Virus record (IMG/VR): IMGVR_UViG_2562617147_000003
Span: 10,046-74,045 of that record
Source: a virus
Lineage: Duplodnaviria; Caudoviricetes
Direction: 5' to 3' (one strand)
Length of the DNA: 64,000 nt
This document shows positions 1-9,051 of the stretch, in pieces; position 1 is the first letter of the stretch, and each line of letters begins with the position of its first letter. A program made the translations under genes and the position numbers. The notes beneath the pieces were generated by a model. That model saw nothing but the letters and a program-made list of their open reading frames with translations, was not told the origin of the DNA and did no database searches.

Positions 1-48
1 ACGACGCCTGCACGGACAAGCAATGGGGACATTTGCAGCGCCTGGGCT

Positions 49-402
49 ATGGACAGGGCAACATGCTTTCCTTCACCAAATACAGCGCGGCCTGCACGCT
101 CAATTTTTTCTGGAACCGCGGACTCATTGAAAGGGAGCTTTTGCATGGTTGATCTGAAGATGCTGGGCCGGTCGCTGGCTGAATCCGGGCTTATGGGCAG
201 GAGTTTCGCCGCCATGAGCGAAGCCGAGGTGCGCCAGGTGGCCCGCATGATTCTGGACCACAGCAAAAAACGCTGCATCCTTTGCGACCAGTGGGAGAAG
301 GTTCCCGAAGCCCCGTGGTGGATAGGCAGGTGCCGCATCGGCGGGCATGGCATCAGCAGGGACAGCTTTTGCACGCTCATCACTGACGAACCGCCGTTTT
401 AA
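49..402 (+). CDS. Hypothetical phage protein
   Basis: ORF just upstream of the nuclease gene with CxxC and GxC motifs; start uncertain. Confidence 0.45.
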   Translation: MDRATCFPSPNTARPARSIFSGTADSLKGSFCMVDLKMLGRSLAESGLMGRSFAAMSEAEVRQVARMILDHSKKRCILCDQWEKVPEAPWWIGRCRIGGHGISRDSFCTLITDEPPF

Positions 403-408
403 GCGCTC

Positions 409-1419
409 ATGGTGCTGCGGAGGCGGCTATCCAGCCGGGAGCGCAAGGCGCTCTATCAGAATTATCTGAAGACGGAGCACTGGCGGCAGCGGCGGGAGCT
501 GGCCCTTGAGAGGGCCGGGCGGCGCTGCCGGGAGTGCGGCAAAGGCGGGCCGCTGGATGTGCACCATCTGACCTACGCGCGGTTGTTTCAGGAGAAGGAC
601 GAGGACTTGCTGGTGCTCTGCCGTGACTGTCACGGCAGACGGCATGGCTACAGAGGAGAAGAAGACATGCAAGATTTTACTATGCGCAATACCGGCGGTC
701 GCGTGGCCTATCTGGTGGATACGGCCATGCTGCATGTGCAGGAGGCGGCCGACGCCGAACGGCTGGCCGCGCGCACACCGCGCATCGGGGCGTCCCGGCT
801 GGGCGAATCCTGCCTGCGCAAGCTGCAATATGAATTTTTCAAGGCCCCCAGGGACAAGCCCTTTACAGGTAAGGCCCTGCGTATTTTTCACCGTGGGCAT
901 GAAGGGGAAAACTGGATGGCCCGATGGCTGCGCCAGGCCGGTTTTGATCTTTATACGCACAATGCCGATGGCCAGCAGAGATGCTTCCGCGCTCTGGACG
1001 GCAAAATTCTGGGCTACGCCGACGGCGTGCTGCGCGCCGGTCCGGAAGAGTGCGGGCCGTATCCGCGCCTTTGGGAAAACAAGGTTCTCGGTGCCAAGGG
1101 CTGGAACAAGGTAGAGCGCGACGGGCTCAAGAAGGCCTATCCCGTTTATTACGGACAAATGCAGCTCTATATGGCCTATTTTGAACTGACCGGCGCCCCC
1201 GCGTTGTTCACGGCGCTCAATGCCGACAACATGGAAATCTGCGCCTTGGACGTGCCCTTTGACGCCCCGGCGGCACAGGATCTTTCGGACAGGGCCGTCA
1301 ACCTGGTCAGGGCCTGCGAAGCCGGGCAGTTGCTGCCGCGTTGCGCGCAGGATGAAACATGGTTTGAATGCAAATTTTGCGACTGGCATCAGCGCTGCTG
1401 GTCCGGTCAAGAAATCTGA
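409..1419 (+). CDS. HNH endonuclease fused to PD-(D/E)XK (Cas4-like) exonuclease
   Basis: N-term CRECG...VHHLTY...LCRDCHGRRH; C-term GASRLGESC, GYADG, ENK, YYGQMQLYM, CKFCDW...C; internal GGAG plus in-frame ATG at 667. Confidence 0.8.
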   Translation: MVLRRRLSSRERKALYQNYLKTEHWRQRRELALERAGRRCRECGKGGPLDVHHLTYARLFQEKDEDLLVLCRDCHGRRHGYRGEEDMQDFTMRNTGGRVAYLVDTAMLHVQEAADAERLAARTPRIGASRLGESCLRKLQYEFFKAPRDKPFTGKALRIFHRGHEGENWMARWLRQAGFDLYTHNADGQQRCFRALDGKILGYADGVLRAGPEECGPYPRLWENKVLGAKGWNKVERDGLKKAYPVYYGQMQLYMAYFELTGAPALFTALNADNMEICALDVPFDAPAAQDLSDRAVNLVRACEAGQLLPRCAQDETWFECKFCDWHQRCWSGQEI

Positions 1420-1436
1420 AGCCGGAGCCGGCAATC

Positions 1437-3857
1437 ATGAACGCCGTCTTCGCTTCAAGAGTTGTGACGAAGGAAACTACGCTTGAAGACAGCATGCGTA
1501 ACGATACGGTTGCATCGGCGCAATCGCTGTCGCCATCCGTGCGTCAGCCGTTCGAGCGCGGTGAGTTACTGATGACGACAGCAATTGGTCACGCCAATGG
1601 GCAGCCGACAAAACTGCTGTCGCCATTCGTAAGGCTCGGAGACTCGCCGACGACTGGCGCAAGCCCTGCGGGCAACGGCTGGTGCGACTTCAACACGGCC
1701 GCGCGGCAGGATGCCCGGCCCGCTCGCAACCGGGCCCATGGCGTTGCGAATCCCGCCGCCGCGTTCCGTGAGTTCCTGCTGTCACATGGATTGCACCCCG
1801 ATGACAGCGTCGTTCCCACCGGAAACCGAGTGCAACGGTGCCCTGTGGATGACGACAAACCCGGCCGGACGTCCGGCTGGTATGTGCTGTATGTGGACGG
1901 CCTGCCCGCCGGAGAGGCGGGCGACTGGAGAACCGGCGAAAGCTGGACGTGGTGCGCAAAAGAAAAAGACTCGCTCAGCCTTGAGGAGTTGAAAATCGCA
2001 CAGGCGCACCTGGAGCGCTCCCGCAAGGCGCGGGAGCAGGAGCGCGCGCGGCTTGCCGCTGAGGCCGCCGCGCGGGCCGCTGACATCTGGGCCAAATCCA
2101 ATGCGTGTGAGGCCCATCCTTACCTGAGCGCCAAGTGCAATGCGTCCTGTGGGCTCAGGCTGTCGGCCGGGAAACTGTTAGTACCGGTCATGGACATGGC
2201 GGGGACAATGCGTTCCCTGCAATTCATCGACGCCGGCGGGAACAAGAAGTTTCTCTTCGGCGGCGCCATCGCCGGATGCTTTCACCGCATTCCCGGCACA
2301 AACGACGTTGTGGCCGTGGCCGAGGGCTACGCTACGGCGGCGAGCATTCACATGGCCACGGGCTGGACCGTGCTGACGGCTTTCAATGCGGGCAATTTGC
2401 TGCCTGTGGCGCGGGCCTGGCGCCAGGTTCATCCCGAATGCCGTATGATCATCTGCGGTGATGATGACCGTTGGACAAAAGGCAATCCCGGGCGCGCCAA
2501 GGCCGAGGCCTGCGCCAGGGAAGTGGGGGCTGCAACGCTGTTTCCGTCCTTCGCGTCGGGCGCGGGCAGGCTCACGGACTGGAATGACCTGCACCAGCGT
2601 GAAGGGCTGGAGGAGGTGAAGCGGCAGTTGCTGGCGGGCGCGGGCCAGCGGAAGCGGGACATCCGGTCATGGGGCCTTGAGCGCTTTGCCGGGCAAGCTC
2701 CGGAGCGACGCTGGCTTGTGGAGAATATCATGCCCTGCGGCGCGGTTTTTGTGCTGGCCGCCATGGGCGACGCCGGCAAGGGCATGCTTACCCTGGATCT
2801 GGGGCTTAAGGTGGCGGGCAAGACGCCGCTGCGCAGGGGCAACGGTGGCGAGCGTGACTTTAACCCTGATCTGACCGCCTTTGGGAACCGCATTTTGCGG
2901 CAGGGGCCGGTGGCGGTCATTTCCGCCGAGGACAGCGCCGATGAGGTGCATCGTCGTCTCCAGAGTATCGGCGTGGGTCGGGCCCGGGAGATGTATGTGC
3001 TGCCGCTGCCCAACGCCGGGGGGCCGCTGCCGGTCATCGTGCCCGGCAAACACGGCCCGGAGCTGTCCGCCGACTGGCTGGAGCTGCGCGCCCAGCTTGT
3101 GGAACTGCGGCCTGCGCTTATCGTCATTGACCCGCTGGCCAGTTTCGTCATGGCGGATATCAATACCGATCCCGCCGTGGGAGCTTTCACCATGGGACAT
3201 ATGGCGCAACTGGCCCAGGAAACCGACGCGGCCGTGGTGCTGGTGCACCATCTGGCCAAGAGCAAGGCCAACGTGGTTACGCCGGAAGAGGCCCGCGCCC
3301 TGATCCGGGGCACCTCGGCCATCGTGGACAACGCCAGGGCGGCTTATGTGCTCTGGGGCGTAGAGGAAAAGGCGGGCAGGGCGGCCTGCTCCGCGCTGGG
3401 CGTGGAATGGGCGCGCAACAGCGTCATGAAGGGCTGTCTGGTCAAAAGCAATGGCCCAGGTGACCGGGAGATCAAGACTTGGATACGCAACAAAGCGGGA
3501 CTGCTGGAGGTGCGCAACGAGCAGTTGCGCAGCGTCGCCAGGGAGCGCACGCCCGCGCTGCTGGACAGCCTTGCGGCGGCCTGCGCCGAAGCCGCGCAAC
3601 GGGGACAGCCCTTTACCAAAACCGGGGCCAACGGCCTGTTTACGCGGCGGCAGGAGATGCCCGCGGAGTTGCGCGGCTTGAGCAAACATCTGCTTGACCA
3701 GTACGCGCAGCGGCTTCTGGAGGCTAAGCGGCTGGTGCTCTGCATCGCCAAGGGCAGCACCAGCAAGAAATGGTTGGACGTGCCGGACGGCGACTTCGCC
3801 CTGGGCCTGGGCCAGTTCGCTACAGGAGCGACGGAGGACAAGGAAAATGATTCGTAA
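1437..3857 (+). CDS. Phage primase-helicase (TOPRIM plus AAA_25/RepA-type helicase)
   Basis: AVAEGYATAASI and ICGDDD TOPRIM motifs, DWNDL, Walker A AMGDAGKG, Walker B LIVIDP; GGAG at 1424 before ATG 1437. Confidence 0.88.
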   Translation: MNAVFASRVVTKETTLEDSMRNDTVASAQSLSPSVRQPFERGELLMTTAIGHANGQPTKLLSPFVRLGDSPTTGASPAGNGWCDFNTAARQDARPARNRAHGVANPAAAFREFLLSHGLHPDDSVVPTGNRVQRCPVDDDKPGRTSGWYVLYVDGLPAGEAGDWRTGESWTWCAKEKDSLSLEELKIAQAHLERSRKAREQERARLAAEAAARAADIWAKSNACEAHPYLSAKCNASCGLRLSAGKLLVPVMDMAGTMRSLQFIDAGGNKKFLFGGAIAGCFHRIPGTNDVVAVAEGYATAASIHMATGWTVLTAFNAGNLLPVARAWRQVHPECRMIICGDDDRWTKGNPGRAKAEACAREVGAATLFPSFASGAGRLTDWNDLHQREGLEEVKRQLLAGAGQRKRDIRSWGLERFAGQAPERRWLVENIMPCGAVFVLAAMGDAGKGMLTLDLGLKVAGKTPLRRGNGGERDFNPDLTAFGNRILRQGPVAVISAEDSADEVHRRLQSIGVGRAREMYVLPLPNAGGPLPVIVPGKHGPELSADWLELRAQLVELRPALIVIDPLASFVMADINTDPAVGAFTMGHMAQLAQETDAAVVLVHHLAKSKANVVTPEEARALIRGTSAIVDNARAAYVLWGVEEKAGRAACSALGVEWARNSVMKGCLVKSNGPGDREIKTWIRNKAGLLEVRNEQLRSVARERTPALLDSLAAACAEAAQRGQPFTKTGANGLFTRRQEMPAELRGLSKHLLDQYAQRLLEAKRLVLCIAKGSTSKKWLDVPDGDFALGLGQFATGATEDKENDS
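1455..1660. repeat. Dispersed palindromic (REP-like) element, two degenerate hairpin units
   Basis: GTTGTGACGAAGGAA leader plus two TACGGATGGCGACAGCA...TGCTGTCGCCATCCGTA-like units; 1615-1660 is the reverse complement of part of the 148-bp unit at 21.7-22.4 kb. Confidence 0.75.
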
Positions 3858-3861
3858 CACC

Positions 3862-4245
3862 GTTCCCGGCGTTCCCGGAAAAGTCTTCCCGGAAGATATC
3901 AGGAAAATTAGAGCGTTTTGATATTGAAAATATCTCAACGCTCTGTGCGGATTTTCACAGAAAATCCGCACCGCGAAAGTATCGCAAGGCGAATTTACTT
4001 CGCCGTTAAGCGATAATTTCAAGCGCAAAATGCTCTAAGATGTTAAAAATAATTCCCGGCCATTCCCGGAAAAACATTTCCGGAAATTTTGCGACATCCC
4101 CGAGGAAAAGTGCCATTCCCGGGAACGTTTCGGGAACGGCCGGGAACGCGGGAACGTTTTTATAACTTATTGAAATTAAAGAAAAAAATGCACACCCAAC
4201 GACGGGGGGTAATATATAGGCTTTAGCCTATATATACCCCACCCC
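3862..4245. promoter_or_regulatory. Putative phage replication origin (iteron-like repeats and long hairpin)
   Basis: About ten TTCCCGG / CGGGAAC copies in both orientations around an AT-rich core directly after the primase; IR GGGGT-ATATATAGGCT/AGCCTATATAT-ACCCC at ~4205-4240. Confidence 0.5.
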
Positions 4246-4286
4246 GGAGGAGGGTGTGCAGGGTGCGGGAACAAAGGAGCGGGAAA

Positions 4287-4442
4287 ATGTGCGATTACGA
4301 ATACTCCGTGGCCGTGCTGGCGGACAATCCCGGCATGTACGGGCGGCAGTGGTGGGAACAAGAACAGCGGGCCGAGGAAAAAGGTCTGCCGGGAAAGGGA
4401 AAAGCGGAATCCGTGGAGGAGGTGCGGCATGACGGCGAATAA
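4287..4442 (+). CDS. Small hypothetical phage protein
   Basis: AAGGAG upstream of ATG 4287; overlaps next gene. Confidence 0.45.
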   Translation: MCDYEYSVAVLADNPGMYGRQWWEQEQRAEEKGLPGKGKAESVEEVRHDGE

Positions 4443-4653
4443 CAACGCGCGGCCTGTGGTGGTGAGCTATACGCCCAAGATTCTGCGGAACATGACCGAG
4501 ATCTGCGAGGAGATGGGCGTGGGGCCGAAGACGGTCAAAAAGTGGGTGGAACAAGGTGCCCCCATCGCCGTGGGGGGCGAAGGGGGCAATTCGCGCTACA
4601 GTGCGGAGGCGGTCAGGCTTCAGGCCTGGAGGACTGGGCCGTGCGAAACCTGA
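4429..4653 (+). CDS. Small HTH DNA-binding protein (MerR/Nu1-like HTH)
   Basis: MTEICEEMGVGPKTVKKWVEQGAPI helix-turn-helix pattern; GGAGG RBS. Confidence 0.6.
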   Translation: MTANNNARPVVVSYTPKILRNMTEICEEMGVGPKTVKKWVEQGAPIAVGGEGGNSRYSAEAVRLQAWRTGPCET

Positions 4654-4661
4654 GCGTGGCG

Positions 4662-4940
4662 CTACACGGGCAGGATTTCCAGGCGAATGGGCTGGCCCAC
4701 GGCCTTGGCATACCGGGCGATGGTTTTCAGCGAGATATTCTTGCCGGATTCTATGCGGGCGATGGTGGACTGGGTAACCCCCATCTTACCGGCGACATCG
4801 GCCTGAGTCAGGCGGGCGTTGGCACGCGCCTGAATGAGTGCGCTGGCAATGGAAAATTCCTGATCCAAAGCATCGTAGGCAGCCCTGAACTCTTCATTGC
4901 GCATCAGTTCGGGCAGTTCGTCGAGAACACGCTTGCGCAT
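4662..4940 (-). CDS. higA: XRE-family HTH antitoxin (HigA-like)
   Basis: ARLTQADVAGKMGVTQSTIARIESG; directly downstream of the toxin. Confidence 0.8.
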   Translation of the reverse strand: MRKRVLDELPELMRNEEFRAAYDALDQEFSIASALIQARANARLTQADVAGKMGVTQSTIARIESGKNISLKTIARYAKAVGQPIRLEILPV

Positions 4941-4941
4941 A

Positions 4942-5265
4942 TCAATCGACCTCCTTCGCCCTTCTGAGGGCCAATTTGATTTCTTCCTGTGGTGTCTGCT
5001 GCGTTTTTTTGACGAATGAACGGGCAATGACCACACGTTTGCCAGTGGCGGTTACATAAATGCTCCGAGCAATGCCGTCCCTGCCGCGTCCACGTATTTC
5101 CCATAATTTCTCCTGTAGGTGCCTGACATAGGGCATCCCTACACGCTCCAAGCCGTATGCTTCGATTATTTCAACGATTTTGAGCATAGAAGCCAGCATG
5201 TCGGGAGGCAAAGCGAGAAATTCATTTCGCACAGTCTCGTTGAGGTATTCTACCGTCCAGTTCAT
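4942..5265 (-). CDS. higB: RelE/HigB-like toxin (Gp49/DUF891 family)
   Basis: GMPYVRHLQEKLWEIR...ARSIY...FVKKTQQTPQEEIKLALRRAKE; toxin-first order. Confidence 0.82.
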   Translation of the reverse strand: MNWTVEYLNETVRNEFLALPPDMLASMLKIVEIIEAYGLERVGMPYVRHLQEKLWEIRGRGRDGIARSIYVTATGKRVVIARSFVKKTQQTPQEEIKLALRRAKEVD

Positions 5266-5274
5266 GATGAAAAT

Positions 5275-5290
5275 ATCGCATATATGCGAT
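5275..5290. promoter_or_regulatory. Perfect 16-bp palindrome, likely higBA operator
   Basis: ATCGCATATATGCGAT 10 bp upstream of the toxin start. Confidence 0.55.
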
Positions 5291-5320
5291 GAAGTAGCAA
5301 TGTCTAAAATGTTGTCAACC

Positions 5321-5375
5321 CCTCCCACGCTATGCCCACGCCCCTCCCACGCTTATCCTACGCTTACCCAGCCCG
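5321..5375 (+). repeat. Short direct repeats CC(C/T)ACGC upstream of lysis genes
   Basis: Three CCCACGC plus one CCTACGC within ~55 bp. Confidence 0.45.
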
Positions 5376-5417
5376 GAGTGCCATGCTACGCTTTTGCCAA
5401 AAGCAGGAGCGTAGCCC

Positions 5418-6032
5418 ATGCCCATCTTCACCGATTTCATCAGCGCCTTTCTGACCCGCATGGAAGAGCGGCATTGCGTCGCCTACATCCCGTGTAAGCG
5501 GCGTAATTTCGACGGCCACGGCAATGCCGGTGACTGCGGCGAACCCGTCGGCCAGTCCGGCGTGACCATCGGCGCGGGCCTGGACCTGGGGCAGCAGGGA
5601 GAAGCCGATTTGCGCCGTATGGGGTTGGAGATGGAACTCATCAACCTGTTCCGCCCCTATCTCGGCAAAAAGCGGCACGGCGCCGTGGCCGCCCTGGGCA
5701 AGTCCCCCCTGACCATCACCGAATCACAGTGCGACGCCGTGAACCGCGCCGTGCATACCGACTATATCCGCCGGGGCGCCGACCTCTATGACCGCTATAC
5801 CGAAAGCAAGTCCTTTGCCGACTGCCCCGCGCAGGCCCAAGCTGTTATCGTATCCCTCTTTTATCAGCTTGGCTTGCCGTTCCCCAGCGCTGACCGTCAC
5901 GGCTATCCCGTGCTTTACGGCCATCTGTGCCGTGGCGACTGGCAGGCCGCCGCATTGGAGCTGAAAACGGGATTCAAAAAGTACATCTACCGCCGCCGTC
6001 AGGAAGGCGAACTGCTTGAGGGGATTGCCTGA
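5418..6032 (+). CDS. Endolysin, pesticin-C-terminal-like muramidase
   Basis: SGVTIGAGLDLGQQ motif, RRRQEGELL end; AGGAG RBS; followed by holin-like genes. Confidence 0.8.
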   Translation: MPIFTDFISAFLTRMEERHCVAYIPCKRRNFDGHGNAGDCGEPVGQSGVTIGAGLDLGQQGEADLRRMGLEMELINLFRPYLGKKRHGAVAALGKSPLTITESQCDAVNRAVHTDYIRRGADLYDRYTESKSFADCPAQAQAVIVSLFYQLGLPFPSADRHGYPVLYGHLCRGDWQAAALELKTGFKKYIYRRRQEGELLEGIA

Positions 6033-6328
6033 TGTTCGATCTGCTCAAGTCCTTGTTCGGCATCGGCGGAAAAGCGTTAGATAAAATTTTTCCCGACCGG
6101 GCCAGGCTCCAGGAAAAGAACCTGGAGATCAACGCGGAAACGGAGCGGGCCAGCGGCGGGCGCATGACTCCGCGCAAGCTGCTCATGTATGTTTTTGCGC
6201 TGGGCCTCGCCTGGGAACTGATGGTCAGGCCGTTCATCGTCACCTACTGGCCTGCGGCGACATTGCCACCGTCCATGCTCAAAGAACTTATGGCGGCGGC
6301 CTCCGCCATGTTCGGCATGGGGTTCTGA
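6032..6328 (+). CDS. Holin-like membrane protein
   Basis: TGATG overlap with endolysin; two hydrophobic segments. Confidence 0.65.
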   Translation: MFDLLKSLFGIGGKALDKIFPDRARLQEKNLEINAETERASGGRMTPRKLLMYVFALGLAWELMVRPFIVTYWPAATLPPSMLKELMAAASAMFGMGF

Positions 6329-6329
6329 C

Positions 6330-6548
6330 GTGAGCGCCACGGCAGAAGAGCGCCTGGCCCGCATCGAGGCCCAGCTCGCCGGGCTCAACCAGCGTCTGGA
6401 CGAGGTGGTCATCAGCCAGCTCAGGGACCACGGCAAACGTCTGGCCGCCTTGGAGCGGCGGCAGATCTGGGTGGGCGGCTGGATCGCCGGGGCCGGGGCC
6501 GCGGGCGCGGGCCTGACGTATCTGGTCAAATTTCTGGGAGGGCTGTGA
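6330..6548 (+). CDS. Small coiled-coil plus TM protein (XhlA-like lysis accessory)
   Basis: RLARIEAQL...RLAALERRQIWVGGWIAGAGAAG. Confidence 0.6.
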   Translation: MSATAEERLARIEAQLAGLNQRLDEVVISQLRDHGKRLAALERRQIWVGGWIAGAGAAGAGLTYLVKFLGGL

Positions 6549-6644
6549 CACTCTCTCGGAGTATGCCGGGATATCGCGTTTCCACTGTTGAAAACGCATT
6601 TACCAAACCTCACACAGCAACAATCTACCATTGGAGGGAAAAAC

Positions 6645-6995
6645 ATGAGCCAGCAATGCGACTGCGAAAAAGCGACTGTGAGCGTGCCCGTGCGGGGCAT
6701 CACGCTTGCCCTTGATGAGGAAACCCTGGCCGGTATCGTGGGCACCGGCTCGCCTGTTTCCCCCATCGACAGCGTCAAGCTGATCGAAGGAGGGAACAAT
6801 CAGACCGTGGCCCTGCCCGAGGGCGGCACCTGGGCCTGGCTGTGCCAGCGGGTTGATGTGAATTTCAACAATATGAGTGGGGTCAAAGTTTCCAGAGGTT
6901 TCTCCGGCGCCGGAATTGCCGAGGGCGGGACCATTGTGAGCCCCAAGGCTGAGCCCGGATATGCCTACCAGGTCGTCTGCATGCGCGTGGCCTAG
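6645..6995 (+). CDS. Hypothetical protein sharing an N-terminal motif with the next two genes
   Basis: GGAGG RBS; MSQQCDCE...VPVRG resembles MSQ..HCAC...LPVRG. Confidence 0.6.
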   Translation: MSQQCDCEKATVSVPVRGITLALDEETLAGIVGTGSPVSPIDSVKLIEGGNNQTVALPEGGTWAWLCQRVDVNFNNMSGVKVSRGFSGAGIAEGGTIVSPKAEPGYAYQVVCMRVA

Positions 6996-7165
6996 CGGGC
7001 CCTGCAAAAAGACTGGGGACGTCGTCGTAGATCCCAATTTGAGCGTGAGAACGGCGGCGTCCCTGACGAAATTGCTCCCAGATCTGGAGCGGATCGCAAC
7101 AGGGCGCGCCCGCTGACAAGCCTTTTTGCCCCATTGCCGTTTTCAACCAACAAAGGACAATATCA

Positions 7166-8041
7166 ATGAGCCAGACTGAACAGCATTGCGCCTGTGATCC
7201 TTCCAATCTTGTCATGCTGCCCGTGCGCGGCTTCGGCCTTGCCGTGGACCCCAGCGGCCTTGTGCCCGCACCCGCCCCGGTGCTGACCTGCCGTGAGCGG
7301 GTGGACCGGGACATGCACATCTATATCAACGGCAACCTTGAAACGTCCGGCGACGGCCTGGGTCCGGAAACAGCGGTGAAAGGCTATGCGGACGCCGTGC
7401 TGGCCCTGTCGAAGTACGACGGGTGCAATCAGCACGCGGCGCATCTGCATTTTCTGTCTCTGGAGGACACGGAGGCAACCTATCCGGATTTTACTGTATT
7501 TTCTAATACATACAGCACGTTTACATCACTTCGTATCAGCGGGGAGTCCTACGAAACGACGCATCTCGGCGTCTGCTCATTCCAGATGGGAACAGTCATT
7601 GCTGTCTCTGAGGTCAGTATGCGCTCCCTTGCCTCTCTTGGATCGCACACATCTATTTCCGGCGATGTGGCTTTCAAGGCGAACGGGGAGAGTTATGCGA
7701 TGAACGTGAACTACGGAGGCTGCCTCTACATTCTGGAAAATGTGAATGTCTATTTCCATGCAGGCTCATGTACAGCTTACATGAAAATCACAAGTTCGAT
7801 GATGCTATTATGTGAAAATTCAAAATTTCATACAATTGGAAGTATTGTCGCGAGCGTAGCCTTCCTTTATGTCCAGTATAATGGCTCGATTACAATCGGA
7901 AATACTGTGGATTTTTCCGGATGTACATCTGTTTTAGGCAGAAAATACTATTTGATGGGCCTGTCATATATTAATTCAAACGGCACCACGTTGCCTGGGA
8001 CGCAGGCGCCCATGCTGGAAACCGGCAGCATTTACGTCTGA
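7166..8041 (+). CDS. Putative virion fibre/spike-like protein, paralog 1
   Basis: AAGGA RBS; DMHIYINGN...GDGL.PETAVK; beta-rich AT-richer middle. Confidence 0.65.
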   Translation: MSQTEQHCACDPSNLVMLPVRGFGLAVDPSGLVPAPAPVLTCRERVDRDMHIYINGNLETSGDGLGPETAVKGYADAVLALSKYDGCNQHAAHLHFLSLEDTEATYPDFTVFSNTYSTFTSLRISGESYETTHLGVCSFQMGTVIAVSEVSMRSLASLGSHTSISGDVAFKANGESYAMNVNYGGCLYILENVNVYFHAGSCTAYMKITSSMMLLCENSKFHTIGSIVASVAFLYVQYNGSITIGNTVDFSGCTSVLGRKYYLMGLSYINSNGTTLPGTQAPMLETGSIYV

Positions 8042-8103
8042 TTTTCTGAAATCCCGTGCGGCACTTCTCCACCACAACCTTGTACTATTATAAGGAGTTT
8101 TAC

Positions 8104-8979
8104 ATGTCCCAAGACAATCACTGCGCCTGCGGCCATCCCGAACTTGTCATGCTGCCCGTGCGCGGCTTCGGCCTTGCCGTGGACCCCAGCGGCCTTGTGC
8201 CCGCGCCCGCCCCGGCGCGGTCCTGCCGCGAACGCGTCGATCAGGACATGCACATCTACGTTGACGGCAACCGCGGCGAGTCCGGCGACGGCCTGACGCC
8301 GGAGACGGCGGTGAAAGATGTTTCTGACGCCGTATTCGCTCTGTCGCGTTATGACGGCTGCAATCGGCACCATGCATACTTCCACCTGGTCTCTCTTGAG
8401 AGCCCGGACGCGACCTATCCGGAGATAGCCGTCGGCCTCGGCAGCTACACCACGTTCGGTGCGCTGCATATCAGAGGCGAGTCTCATGAAACGACCCGCC
8501 TGTGTCGGTTCAATAACCAGGTGGGTTCATTGGTTTCGCTCTCCAACATCAGTGTTGCTTATACGCAGACGGTGGCGTCGTGGTTGGCGATCGAGGGCAA
8601 GGTCGCACTCCGGCCCACGCCGGAGCAGTCCTCCGCGTTTCATGCGACATGGGGCGGATGCGTACGCTTTTCCGAAGACGCGGAAATATACCTTTATCCG
8701 GGGGAATATAAGGCGGTGTGCGCCACCAGCCATGGGATGATCGGCAGTGGGGAAAGAGTCAAATTCCGCACGCTGGGCAACATCAATATCAACAGCGGGT
8801 TCGCCTTGGCCTTGCATTGCGGAAGCATACAGTTTCCGGCCAGCACGGACTTTTCGGGCTGCACCGCTGTCACAGGCCGCAAATACTACCTCGAAAAACT
8901 TTCCTGTCTTTGTCTGGATGCCGGGATATTGCCCGGTTCCGTCGCTGGTGAAGCAAAGAACGGCAGCGTGTACATCTGA
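8104..8979 (+). CDS. Putative virion fibre/spike-like protein, paralog 2
   Basis: AAGGAG RBS; near-identical N-term and similar C-term (DFSGCT.V.GRKYYL) to paralog 1. Confidence 0.65.
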   Translation: MSQDNHCACGHPELVMLPVRGFGLAVDPSGLVPAPAPARSCRERVDQDMHIYVDGNRGESGDGLTPETAVKDVSDAVFALSRYDGCNRHHAYFHLVSLESPDATYPEIAVGLGSYTTFGALHIRGESHETTRLCRFNNQVGSLVSLSNISVAYTQTVASWLAIEGKVALRPTPEQSSAFHATWGGCVRFSEDAEIYLYPGEYKAVCATSHGMIGSGERVKFRTLGNININSGFALALHCGSIQFPASTDFSGCTAVTGRKYYLEKLSCLCLDAGILPGSVAGEAKNGSVYI

Positions 8980-9051
8980 TTACCCGAAATTTCCCCCCCC
9001 ACGGCGGACGGCAGGCCTGCGGTCGGGCCGCCCGAGAAGAGCGAGACAGCC

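Noticed and set aside
409-1419. Cas4 as part of a CRISPR adaptation module
   Set aside because: No cas1/cas2 or array; Cas4-like exonucleases are common in phage replication modules
8747-9051. Long N-terminal extension of the terminase small subunit ORF
   Set aside because: Overlaps the preceding gene in another frame and looks non-coding; a frameshifted start at 9052 is more plausible
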